From Lysobacterales bacterium (GTDB lineage Bacteria; Pseudomonadota; Gammaproteobacteria; Xanthomonadales; SZUA-36): 64,000 bases of DNA. Positions 29,295 to 36,674 of this stretch are shown here, in pieces. The position numbers and the translations under genes are program-made. The stretch is from NCBI GenBank assembly GCA_034440115.1, contig JAWXBM010000107.1, forward strand, positions 947-64,946. The letters are read 5' to 3'. Under the pieces are notes generated by a model that was not told the DNA's origin, did not search any database, and saw only the letters and a program-made list of their open reading frames with translations. Numbering within the stretch: the stretch's first letter is position 1; every line of letters starts with the position of its first letter.

Positions 29295-29998
29295 GCAGCG
29301 CCTGTGACCAGCTAGCAGGCATGATAGAAACGGTTGCCAGGGCTTTGGGTGATGATCTTCTCAGAGAGGGGGCTTTTGTCGGTGGCTGTAAAACAGGCTT
29401 GCTGATTACCGATGAATTCATTAAGGAAGAGGTGCGTTACACCGATGATGTTGATCTGATTATCAATGTTGTTGGTCATGCCCAGTGGGTCGTGTTTCAA
29501 GACCGGTTACGCGATAAAGGATTTCGGGAGTCCATGGAAGATGATGTTATCTGCCGCATGCGCCTTGGGGAGCTAAAAGTTGATTTCATGCCTGATGATG
29601 AAAAAATTTTGGGATTTAGCAACCGGTGGTATGAAGCCGCCCTGGAGTGTGCTCAAAATTATCAATTGAAGGATGATCTGACAATCAGGTTGCTGACACG
29701 GCCGTTTTTTGTAGCAACCAAGCTTGAAGCCTACCTTGGACGTGGCAATGACGATCCTCTGGCCAGTCATGATCTTGAGGATATTCTCAATCTCGTCGAT
29801 GGCCGGGAAGCGCTTGTCGCGGAGATTGCGGATGCTCATGCAGATGTCCGCGACTACATAGCCGAACAAGTCAGTTTTCTGCTGGACCATAGAGACTTTG
29901 AATATGCCGTGCAGGGCATCGTGCGCGGCAGTCCGGGCCGGGAAGATTTGATCTTAGAGCGTCTTGAGGCGCTAAAGGCCATGAAAGGAAGCAATTAG
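29291..29998 (+). CDS. Pol-beta-superfamily nucleotidyltransferase, AbiEii-like (putative toxin/effector)
   Basis: 235 aa. NTase signature 'FVGGCKTGLLITDEFIKEEVRYTDDVDLII' (GG ... R-Y-T-D-D-V-D-L), a downstream acidic strand 'KVDFMPDD', and the helix motif 'ATKLEAYLGRGNDDPLASHDLEDILNLV'. It is translationally coupled to the upstream gene. Confidence 0.65.
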   Translation: MSSACDQLAGMIETVARALGDDLLREGAFVGGCKTGLLITDEFIKEEVRYTDDVDLIINVVGHAQWVVFQDRLRDKGFRESMEDDVICRMRLGELKVDFMPDDEKILGFSNRWYEAALECAQNYQLKDDLTIRLLTRPFFVATKLEAYLGRGNDDPLASHDLEDILNLVDGREALVAEIADAHADVRDYIAEQVSFLLDHRDFEYAVQGIVRGSPGREDLILERLEALKAMKGSN

Positions 29999-30061
29999 TT
30001 AAAAAAATGCCCCGCATGCGGGGCATTTTCACTTATTTTTCTTCTGTGCGTTCGTTCTTGT
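29996..30061. repeat. Right copy of the ~65-bp direct repeat
   Basis: 'TAGTTAAAAAAATGCCCCGCATGCGGGGCATTTTCACTTATTTTTCTTCTGTGCGTTCGTTCTTGT'. Compare 28530-28594. Confidence 0.9.
30001..30030. terminator. Bidirectional rho-independent terminator (serves tRNA-Leu on the minus strand and the cassette on the plus strand)
   Basis: The same 20-nt palindrome at 30007-30026, flanked by A7 and T-runs. Confidence 0.75.
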
Positions 30062-30099
30062 TATTAATCCTGCAACGGACCGCATTTCCCGCTTGAAAC

Positions 30100-30186
30100 T
30101 GGTGCCCAGAAGAGGACTTGAACCTCCACTACCTTGCGATAACTAGCACCTGAAGCTAGCGCGTCTACCAATTCCGCCATCTGGGC
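30100..30186 (-). tRNA. tRNA-Leu (anticodon CAG)
   Basis: The reverse complement is 'GCCCAGATGGCGGAATTGGTAGACGCGCTAGCTTCAGGTGCTAGTTATCGCAAGGTAGTGGAGGTTCAAGTCCTCTTCTGGGCACCA' (87 nt). Acceptor stem is GCCCAGA/TCTGGGC, the anticodon loop is UUCAGGU, there is a long variable arm, and CCA is encoded. Confidence 0.95.
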
Positions 30187-30262
30187 TTTAGAGGGCAGAG
30201 GCTTAGGGGAAACCTCTGCCCGGGGTGGTTCGAGGAAAGGGGGAACCTGCGAACCGGTGCGT

Positions 30263-30291
30263 ACTTTAGTGATTCGCACCCTGACTGTCAA
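30263..30291 (-). promoter_or_regulatory. Sigma70-type promoter for tRNA-Leu
   Basis: On the minus strand: 'TTGACA' (30291-30286), a 17-nt spacer, then 'TAAAGT' (30268-30263). It lies about 75 nt upstream of the tRNA 5' end. Confidence 0.55.
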
Positions 30292-30417
30292 CCAATAAAT
30301 AGGCTTATTACTATCTGATTTTCTGCTATTTTTTGAATACTTAAAGCAACCCGGAGTGCGTTGAGGCCTGATGAATCAGGCTACAATGCGCTTCCCTGCA
30401 CGAATTAGACCTGTTTC

Positions 30418-32583
30418 ATGAGTAAAGACCAGAAAAATACCCAAGATCAACATTCCGGCGGCCACATTGATGCCGAGGCGCCAGAGCGCCAGGACATACT
30501 GGATTTGCTCACCGATCAGGGGCGCCCATTAAAGCGCAAAGAGATCACTTCGCGCCTTGAAGTCGAGTCGCCGGATAGCCGGGAAATCCTTCGCCGCCGG
30601 CTAAAAGCCATGTTGCGTGATGGCCAGTTGGTGAAAAGCCGCAACAACAGCTATGGCCTGCCGGAAAAAATGGACCTGGTGCGTGGTCGCATCAGCGCCC
30701 ACAAGGATGGCTTTGGTTTCCTCATACTCGAGAGTGGTGATACCGATTTATACCTCTCGCCCCGGCAGATGAAGCAGGTACAGCATGGCGACCAGGTACT
30801 GGCCTGTGTTACCGGCGTGGATGATCGCGGCCGTCGTGAAGGTGCCATCACCGAAGTATTGCAACGCGCCCACCAGAAAATCGTCGGCCGTTTTGTGCGC
30901 GAAAGTGGCGTTTGCCTGGTGGTGCCGGATGATCCGCGCCTGACCCAGGACGTGTTGATTCCGCTGGATGATACCGCTGGAGCCAAGCCGGGGCAGGTGG
31001 TGGTGGCGTGGATCGTCGATCCTCCGTCAGAACACAAACCGCCGGTGGGCAAGGTGGTAGAAATACTGGGTGAAACCGGTGCTCCGGGTATGGCCACGGA
31101 AATCGCCATCCGTAATTTCAGTTTGCCGCATGAGTGGCCAGAAGGCGTTGAAGCGCAGGCCGAAGCGTATGGCTCCAGTGTGCCGGAAGAAATGAAAGAC
31201 GGTCGGCGTGATCTGCGCGAACTGGCCTTGGTGACCATTGATGGCGAGGATGCGCGTGATTTTGACGACGCGGTCTTCGCCCAGCGGCGCAACAACGGCT
31301 GGCGCTTGGTCGTGGCCATTGCCGATGTCTCCAGCTATGTGCAAACCGACACCGCGCTGGATGAATCGGCGCTGGAGCGCGCTACTTCTGTGTATTTCCC
31401 TGGTCGGGTTATTCCCATGCTACCCGAAGCGCTGTCCAACGGTCTGTGTTCGCTGAATTCGGAAGTCGACCGGCTGTGCCTGGTTTGCGATATGTCTATC
31501 AATGAAGATGGCAAAGTCACGCGCTCCCGGTTTGATTCCGCCGTAATCAATTCCAAAGCCCGTCTCACCTACAACCAGGTGTGGAACTGGATTACCAGCG
31601 GCAAGGAAGAAATCCGGCCTGGGGCCAAAGAGGTTTCGCAATCCCTGCGAGACCTGTATAGCCTGTACAAGGCCATGCGCAAAGCACGCACCAAGCGCGG
31701 CGCGATTGATTTTGACAGTACCGAAGTGCGCTTTGTGTTCGATGAATCAGGCTCGGTGGCCGATATCCTGCCATATGAGCGCAACGATGCGCATATGCTG
31801 ATCGAAGAATGCATGATCGCGGCCAATGTCGAGGCTGCCAACTTTTTGCAACAGAACGCCATTCCCGCGCCGTATCGCACGCATGAGCCGCCGCAGGAAG
31901 CCAAGATCGAAAACCTCGAGCAGTTCCTTAAAGGTTTGGGGATACGCAAAACCTGGAAGGAGCAACCCGAGCCACGCGATTTTGAAGCCATTGTGCAAAG
32001 CATCAAGGGCCGCGACGACGAAGCCCTGATCATGGCCATGTTGTTGCGCTCGCAAAGCATGGCGGTTTATCAAGCCAGCAACGGCGGGCATTTTGGTCTG
32101 GCCCTGGCGGCCTATGCGCACTTTACCTCGCCCATTCGGCGTTACCCGGATTTGCTGGTGCATAGAGCTATCCACCATGTGCTGCAACACCGCAGCGCCA
32201 AGGGTTATCGCTATAGCGAAAAAGATATGGTCAAGCTCAGTGAGCATTGTTCGTTTTGCTCGCGGCGCTCTGAGGAAGCCGAGCGTGATGTCAGTGAGCG
32301 TCTCAAGTGCGTTTTCATGGAGCGTCATATTGGTGATGAATTCCGCGGCCAGGTGACCGGCGTTACCTCGTTCGGCCTGTTCGTGGAGTTGTTGCAGAAT
32401 CGTACCTCGGGGCTCATACACATCACCTCCTTGCCCAATGACTATTATCACTTTGATCCCATCTCGCATCGCCTCACCGGCGAGCGGGCGGGACGCGTTT
32501 TTCAATTGGCGCAACGTGTGAAGGTGAAGGTTGCCGGAGTCAATATCGATGATCGTAAAGTAGACTTCACCCTGGTCGAATAA
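30418..32583 (+). CDS. rnr: Ribonuclease R
   Basis: 721 aa. RNB domain ('DGEDARDFDDAVFA', 'HFGLALAAYAHFTSPIRRYPDLLVHR') and a C-terminal S1 domain. Confidence 0.95.
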   Translation: MSKDQKNTQDQHSGGHIDAEAPERQDILDLLTDQGRPLKRKEITSRLEVESPDSREILRRRLKAMLRDGQLVKSRNNSYGLPEKMDLVRGRISAHKDGFGFLILESGDTDLYLSPRQMKQVQHGDQVLACVTGVDDRGRREGAITEVLQRAHQKIVGRFVRESGVCLVVPDDPRLTQDVLIPLDDTAGAKPGQVVVAWIVDPPSEHKPPVGKVVEILGETGAPGMATEIAIRNFSLPHEWPEGVEAQAEAYGSSVPEEMKDGRRDLRELALVTIDGEDARDFDDAVFAQRRNNGWRLVVAIADVSSYVQTDTALDESALERATSVYFPGRVIPMLPEALSNGLCSLNSEVDRLCLVCDMSINEDGKVTRSRFDSAVINSKARLTYNQVWNWITSGKEEIRPGAKEVSQSLRDLYSLYKAMRKARTKRGAIDFDSTEVRFVFDESGSVADILPYERNDAHMLIEECMIAANVEAANFLQQNAIPAPYRTHEPPQEAKIENLEQFLKGLGIRKTWKEQPEPRDFEAIVQSIKGRDDEALIMAMLLRSQSMAVYQASNGGHFGLALAAYAHFTSPIRRYPDLLVHRAIHHVLQHRSAKGYRYSEKDMVKLSEHCSFCSRRSEEAERDVSERLKCVFMERHIGDEFRGQVTGVTSFGLFVELLQNRTSGLIHITSLPNDYYHFDPISHRLTGERAGRVFQLAQRVKVKVAGVNIDDRKVDFTLVE

Positions 32584-32595
32584 GGTTTTTGACGT

Positions 32596-33345
32596 ATGGC
32601 TGAAAAAAAACTGCAATGGCTGATCGGCATTCATCCCGTTTCTTCCGCGTTGGCATCAGGCAAGCAGGGCATCAGCCGCTTGGTACTGGCCAAGGAAGCA
32701 CACAATCCACGCGTGCTGGAACTGGAAGAGCTGGCACGCAAGCAAGGTATCAAAGTAGAGCGTAGCTCGCGCCGCGAGCTCGACCGCATCTCCGAGGGCG
32801 AACGGCATCAGGATGTGTTGGCAGAAGTTGCTGCCACCAATACCTGGGCCGAGTCGGATTTGCCGGCACTGCTCAATCGTATCGAAGGCACGCCGCTGAT
32901 CCTGGTGCTGGACGGTGTACAGGACCCGCACAACCTCGGTGCCTGTTTGCGCACCGCAGAGGCTGCTGGAGTGCATCTGGTCATCGTACCCAAGGACAAG
33001 TCAGCCAGTCTAACCCCTGTCGCGCGCCGGGCTGCAGCCGGGGCTGCAGAAGTGCTGGATATCGTGGTGATCACCAACCTGGCACGGGTGCTGCGATTAT
33101 TGAAGGACAGCGGCATCTGGCTGGCCGGAGCAGCCGATGAGGCCGATCAGGAAATTTACCAGGCTGATCTGAAAGGCCCCTTGGCTTTGGTGATGGGCAG
33201 CGAAGGCAAAGGTCTGCGCCGGCTTACCGTGGAGCTGTGTGATTTTCAGCTACGCATACCCATGGCAGGTTCGGTCAGCAGTCTGAATGTATCGGTAGCC
33301 ACCGGGGTGTGCTTGTTTGAAATCATCCGTCAAAGAAGCGCTTGA
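32596..33345 (+). CDS. rlmB: 23S rRNA (guanosine2251-2'-O)-methyltransferase
   Basis: SpoU/TrmH motifs 'LDGVQDPHNLGACLRTAEAAG', 'ALVMGSEGKGLRR' and 'SLNVSVATGVCLFE'. Follows rnr as in E. coli. Confidence 0.93.
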   Translation: MAEKKLQWLIGIHPVSSALASGKQGISRLVLAKEAHNPRVLELEELARKQGIKVERSSRRELDRISEGERHQDVLAEVAATNTWAESDLPALLNRIEGTPLILVLDGVQDPHNLGACLRTAEAAGVHLVIVPKDKSASLTPVARRAAAGAAEVLDIVVITNLARVLRLLKDSGIWLAGAADEADQEIYQADLKGPLALVMGSEGKGLRRLTVELCDFQLRIPMAGSVSSLNVSVATGVCLFEIIRQRSA

Positions 33346-33380
33346 TCAGGCGACTTTGTAGGCGGCTTGGGAGACGACTT

Positions 33381-33977
33381 ATGAGTTTGCATCACCATTT
33401 CGAAGTCCGTTTGCCGGCCTGGGTGGAGCCATTCATCGGCCATTGGCTGAACGGTGGAGGTCCCCCGCTGGATACGCTTGAGCATCGCATGTTGCTGGCC
33501 ATTGCGCTGTCAGCAGAAAACGTCAAACAAAGCACCGGTGGACCTTTTGGTGCCATTGTGGTGAGCCAAGAGACTGGCCATCTGGCTGGAATAGGCGTGA
33601 ACCTGGTAACGGGCAGCGGCTTATCAGCCGCACACGCCGAGGTGGTGGCGCTTAGCCTGGCGCAACGTTCGGCAAAAAGCTGGGACCTGGGATCGACTGC
33701 ACCCATGCAATTAATCAGTTCCTGTGAGCCCTGTGCCATGTGCCTGGGCGCTGTGCCCTGGTCGGGAGTAGCCAGTCTGGTTTGCGGAGCCGATTGCATC
33801 GATGCGGAATCAGCGGGCTTTGATGAAGGCGACAAACCACTCAACTGGACACAAAACCTTGCGGCTCGTGGCCTGGATGTCAAAGTCCATGTGCTGCGGC
33901 AGGAAGCCGCTCGAGTGTTGCAGGAGTATGCTGAGATGGCCGGTGAAATCTACAACCCGACTCGTGGCCAGGAATAA
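33381..33977 (+). CDS. CMP/dCMP-type zinc deaminase superfamily protein (nucleoside/nucleobase deaminase)
   Basis: 'HAEVVALS' (H-A-E) and 'CEPCAMCLGA' (C-x-x-C) zinc/catalytic motifs. The ATG at 33381 is chosen; the ORF opens at 33342. Confidence 0.8.
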   Translation: MSLHHHFEVRLPAWVEPFIGHWLNGGGPPLDTLEHRMLLAIALSAENVKQSTGGPFGAIVVSQETGHLAGIGVNLVTGSGLSAAHAEVVALSLAQRSAKSWDLGSTAPMQLISSCEPCAMCLGAVPWSGVASLVCGADCIDAESAGFDEGDKPLNWTQNLAARGLDVKVHVLRQEAARVLQEYAEMAGEIYNPTRGQE

Positions 33978-33980
33978 TTC

Positions 33981-34925
33981 ATGAGTTTGAAAATCGCTTT
34001 GGCACAAATCGCTCCGGTTTGGTTGAACCGTGAAGCCACTTTGACCGAGGTCAGGAAGAATATTGCAACCGCGGGCGCGGCCGACGCGCAGTTGGTGGTG
34101 TTTGGTGAAGGGCTGGTACCGGGCTATCCGTTTTGGCCGAAACTCACGGGTGGTGCTGTATTTGAATCACCCAAACAGAAAGAGCTGTTTGCTCACTACG
34201 CTGATAACGCCGCAGACATTGCCAAAGGTGACCTGGATTCCTTATGTGAAGCTGCACGGCATCAGCAGATCGCGGTGTATTGTGGAGTGATTGAAAAGTC
34301 TTCCAGCCGCGGCGGCTTTAGCCTGTTTGCCAGTCTGGTATACATCAATGCACAAGGCGAAATAGGTTCCGTTCATCGCAAACTGATGCCCACCTATGAA
34401 GAAAGACTGGTTTGGTCGCCGGGTGACGGCAATGGCCTGCGGGTGCACGAATTGGGCGAATTCCGTGTCGGCGGCCTCAATTGCTGGGAAAACTGGATGC
34501 CTTTGCCGCGCGCTGCGTTGTACGGTCAAGGTGAAAATCTGCACATTGCTGTATGGCCGGGCAGTGAGCGTAATACGCACGACATCACCCGCTTTATTGC
34601 CAAAGAATCACGCTCTTTCGTGGTGTCGGTCAGTGGTCTGATGCACCGGGATTGGGTATCTGATGACGTCCCCTTCGCGGCCGAAATCAGAGCCAAGGCT
34701 GAGCCATGGCTGAGCGATGGTGGATCCTGCGTGGCGGGCCCGGATGGACAGTGGGTGCTGGAGCCGCAGGTAGGGGAAGAGGGCATCTACTATGCCGAAG
34801 TTGCCATCGAAGATGTGGCCCGTGAGCGGCAGAACTTTGATCCGGCCGGGCATTACTCGCGCCCGGATGTCACGCGCCTGAAAGTGAACCGTAAACGGCA
34901 ATCGACGGTTCGATTTAGTGACTAA
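33981..34925 (+). CDS. Nitrilase (carbon-nitrogen hydrolase superfamily, true-nitrilase branch)
   Basis: E-K-C triad contexts 'VVFGEGLVPGYPFW', 'HRKLMPT' and 'GGLNCWENWMP'. Confidence 0.85.
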   Translation: MSLKIALAQIAPVWLNREATLTEVRKNIATAGAADAQLVVFGEGLVPGYPFWPKLTGGAVFESPKQKELFAHYADNAADIAKGDLDSLCEAARHQQIAVYCGVIEKSSSRGGFSLFASLVYINAQGEIGSVHRKLMPTYEERLVWSPGDGNGLRVHELGEFRVGGLNCWENWMPLPRAALYGQGENLHIAVWPGSERNTHDITRFIAKESRSFVVSVSGLMHRDWVSDDVPFAAEIRAKAEPWLSDGGSCVAGPDGQWVLEPQVGEEGIYYAEVAIEDVARERQNFDPAGHYSRPDVTRLKVNRKRQSTVRFSD

Positions 34926-35395
34926 ATGAGAATTTGAATAGATGCATGGCAATTTTTAATTGGCTGCATTTAGTATTTATGAAGATCCGGTAGTGTCCCA
35001 ACGCCCAAATGATGAGCCTGCTTAACCTGCTGGTAGCAAGTGCAAAAGAGATGAATATTTCTTGCTTCGATTTGAACTGGACGCGCCCGCTCTGGGACCT
35101 TGCGAAGAATCACTTCTCGGGGACGGTTACCCGCTATTCGGCGCGCTCTACAGCGGCGTGATGGCGGTTGCCGTTTTCCGGGCTGCGCTGCCAGCCACGT
35201 TCCCGCGGGAACGCCGACGAGCTGTTCAAGCTGAATCAGAATCGGGCCATTCGAATCACGCCGAAATCACCACAAAGCCACTGGATGGGGGAAAAAATGG
35301 ATGATCAACTGGCGGTTGAGGGGCTTCTGTTCAGGGAGTAGCAGCCGCTTGGGCCACTTTGTTTGATTAATTTTGGGATGCTAATGAAAGTAAGA

Positions 35396-35429
35396 AAACA
35401 TTTGAAAAAGAAGATATTTTCAAATGTTT
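35396..35429. repeat. AT-rich perfect 13-bp inverted repeat (stem-loop)
   Basis: 'AAACATTTGAAAA' (35396-35408), an 8-nt loop, then 'TTTTCAAATGTTT' (35417-35429). Confidence 0.8.
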
Positions 35430-35561
35430 GCATTAGTTCATGATCTGGAATTCCCAGTTTTAAAAATTACAGCTTGCTTTTCAAAGTAAGTCAGATTCAA
35501 TACAGAGGGACATCAATTCGTGACTAACCAACTAGAGATTGAACTGCGTAAGGGGGATACG

Positions 35562-35943
35562 ATGAAAATAGGAATAATTTTTACAGTTTTATTTGCAATT
35601 TCTGCTTGCACTAGTTCGCACGTTCTCACAGGAAAACACGTGCACCAATTGATCCAGAAGGAGTAAAAATTTACTCGGCTGCGCCGGCGGGTTCAGAGCA
35701 GATCGCAATTCTTAGCGCTTCTAGCCAGGGTTCCTGGGCGCTTAAAGGTCAGCAAAAAATGAATGAAGTTGTGGATGATTTGAAAAAGGAAGCAGCTAAA
35801 CTTGGAGCAAACAGTGTTGTTTTTTCAGGTGTGGGAGATAACTCACACCTGTCATGACATACGATGCATCAGGCAGAACTTCATGGGCAGGTAACGCTCA
35901 GCACAAGACAGGGCAAGCTAGGGCAATCTATGTCGCAGAATGA
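35562..35943 (+). pseudogene. Small lipoprotein gene disrupted by two frameshifts
   Basis: ATG at 35562 after AAGGGGGA. 'MKIGIIFTVLFAISAC' (lipobox) runs into a stop after 34 codons. The reading continues in a second frame ('APIDPEGVKIYSAAPAGSEQIAILSASSQGSWALKGQQKMNEVVDDLKKEAAKLGANSVVFSGVGDN') and then a third ('YDASGRTSWAGNAQHKTGQARAIYVAE', stop at 35941-35943). Confidence 0.6.
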
Positions 35944-36015
35944 TCAGGTTGTCTGTGACCACGGAGTTTAATCCAACGTGTTCTTTCGATTTTTTGAAAT
36001 TAACAGAAAAAATCT

Positions 36016-36654
36016 TCAGGCGCGGGTAATTTCCGCACGTAATTCGTCCAGGTAATCGCGCATGATGGCTACACGACGCTGCGCTTCGGCCTTGCCGCCT
36101 TTCGTTTGCATCATGGCGGGCAGTTTGAACAGCTTGGTGTAGAAATGATCGATGGTGTACTGGCCATCATCTGGCTCGCGCGTTTCGCAAAAAGGATCGT
36201 CAGCAGCACACAGTGATCGGTTCAGTTTGCCGCCCACCAACAAGCAGCGGGCAATTCCAATCGCGCCTAAAGAATCCAGCCGGTCACCATCCTGCACCAC
36301 CTGTGCTTCCAGGCTGCGTGTGGGAATAGCGGCAGAAAAGCTGTGCGCTTCTATGGCGTGCCGCACTGCATCCAGCTTTTCTTGCGGATAACCGATGCCC
36401 TGCAGGAATTTGGCGGCAGCCTCAGCGGCCAGTTGTGAGCCCTTTGAGCGTAGCGGACTGTCCTTGGCAATGGCCACGCAGTCGTGCAACCAGGCCGCGG
36501 GCAAGGTGATCCAGGCATCGGCAGATTCCTCAACCGTCAGCCGGTCTACGTTGCGCACCACGCGACACACATGGCCCAGGTCATGACCGGAGTCGGCCGG
36601 TACTACGCCGGCAATAAACTCCGCGCACAATCGTTCCAGTTCGGACAGATTCAT
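36016..36654 (-). CDS. HD domain-containing phosphohydrolase
   Basis: 'GHDLGHVCRV' and 'AAWLHDC' give the H...HD...D metal-binding pattern. Confidence 0.8.
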   Translation of the reverse strand: MNLSELERLCAEFIAGVVPADSGHDLGHVCRVVRNVDRLTVEESADAWITLPAAWLHDCVAIAKDSPLRSKGSQLAAEAAAKFLQGIGYPQEKLDAVRHAIEAHSFSAAIPTRSLEAQVVQDGDRLDSLGAIGIARCLLVGGKLNRSLCAADDPFCETREPDDGQYTIDHFYTKLFKLPAMMQTKGGKAEAQRRVAIMRDYLDELRAEITRA

Positions 36655-36674
36655 GAAATGATTGTTGACCTGTT

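Larger units (their letters stand above)
28595..29995 (+). mobile_element. Putative ~1.4-kb inserted genomic islet (two-gene cassette, no recombinase) bounded by the direct repeats
   Basis: Composition is visibly AT-richer than the flanks. It interrupts the conserved purA / tRNA-Leu / rnr neighbourhood and is flanked by the duplicated terminator sequence. Confidence 0.5.

Noticed and set aside
29996-30061. Integron attC / gene-cassette interpretation of the hairpin-containing repeats flanking the two-gene cassette
   Set aside because: 'GTTAAAA' at the right repeat does not satisfy the GTTRRRY core. No inverse core is evident, no intI or attI is nearby, and the hairpin with its flanking A/T runs is fully explained as a bidirectional terminator.
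31747-32634. Large antisense ORFs inside well-supported genes: 295 aa opposite rnr, 11878-12726 opposite the ACAD gene, 14425-15345 opposite the aminotransferase, 42883-43629 opposite smc, 60072-60761 opposite the M14 gene, and 48132-48851 opposite ligA
   Set aside because: They are typical stop-codon-poor antisense frames of moderately GC-rich coding DNA. They have no recognisable motifs and skewed Arg/Gly/Pro-rich composition, and each is fully embedded in a gene with strong motif evidence.
35062-35304. 80-aa ORF in the GC-rich patch after the nitrilase gene
   Set aside because: It has a TTG start without an RBS, no recognisable motifs, and neighbouring frames are equally broken. I treat it as probable gene debris (see the islet finding) rather than a CDS.
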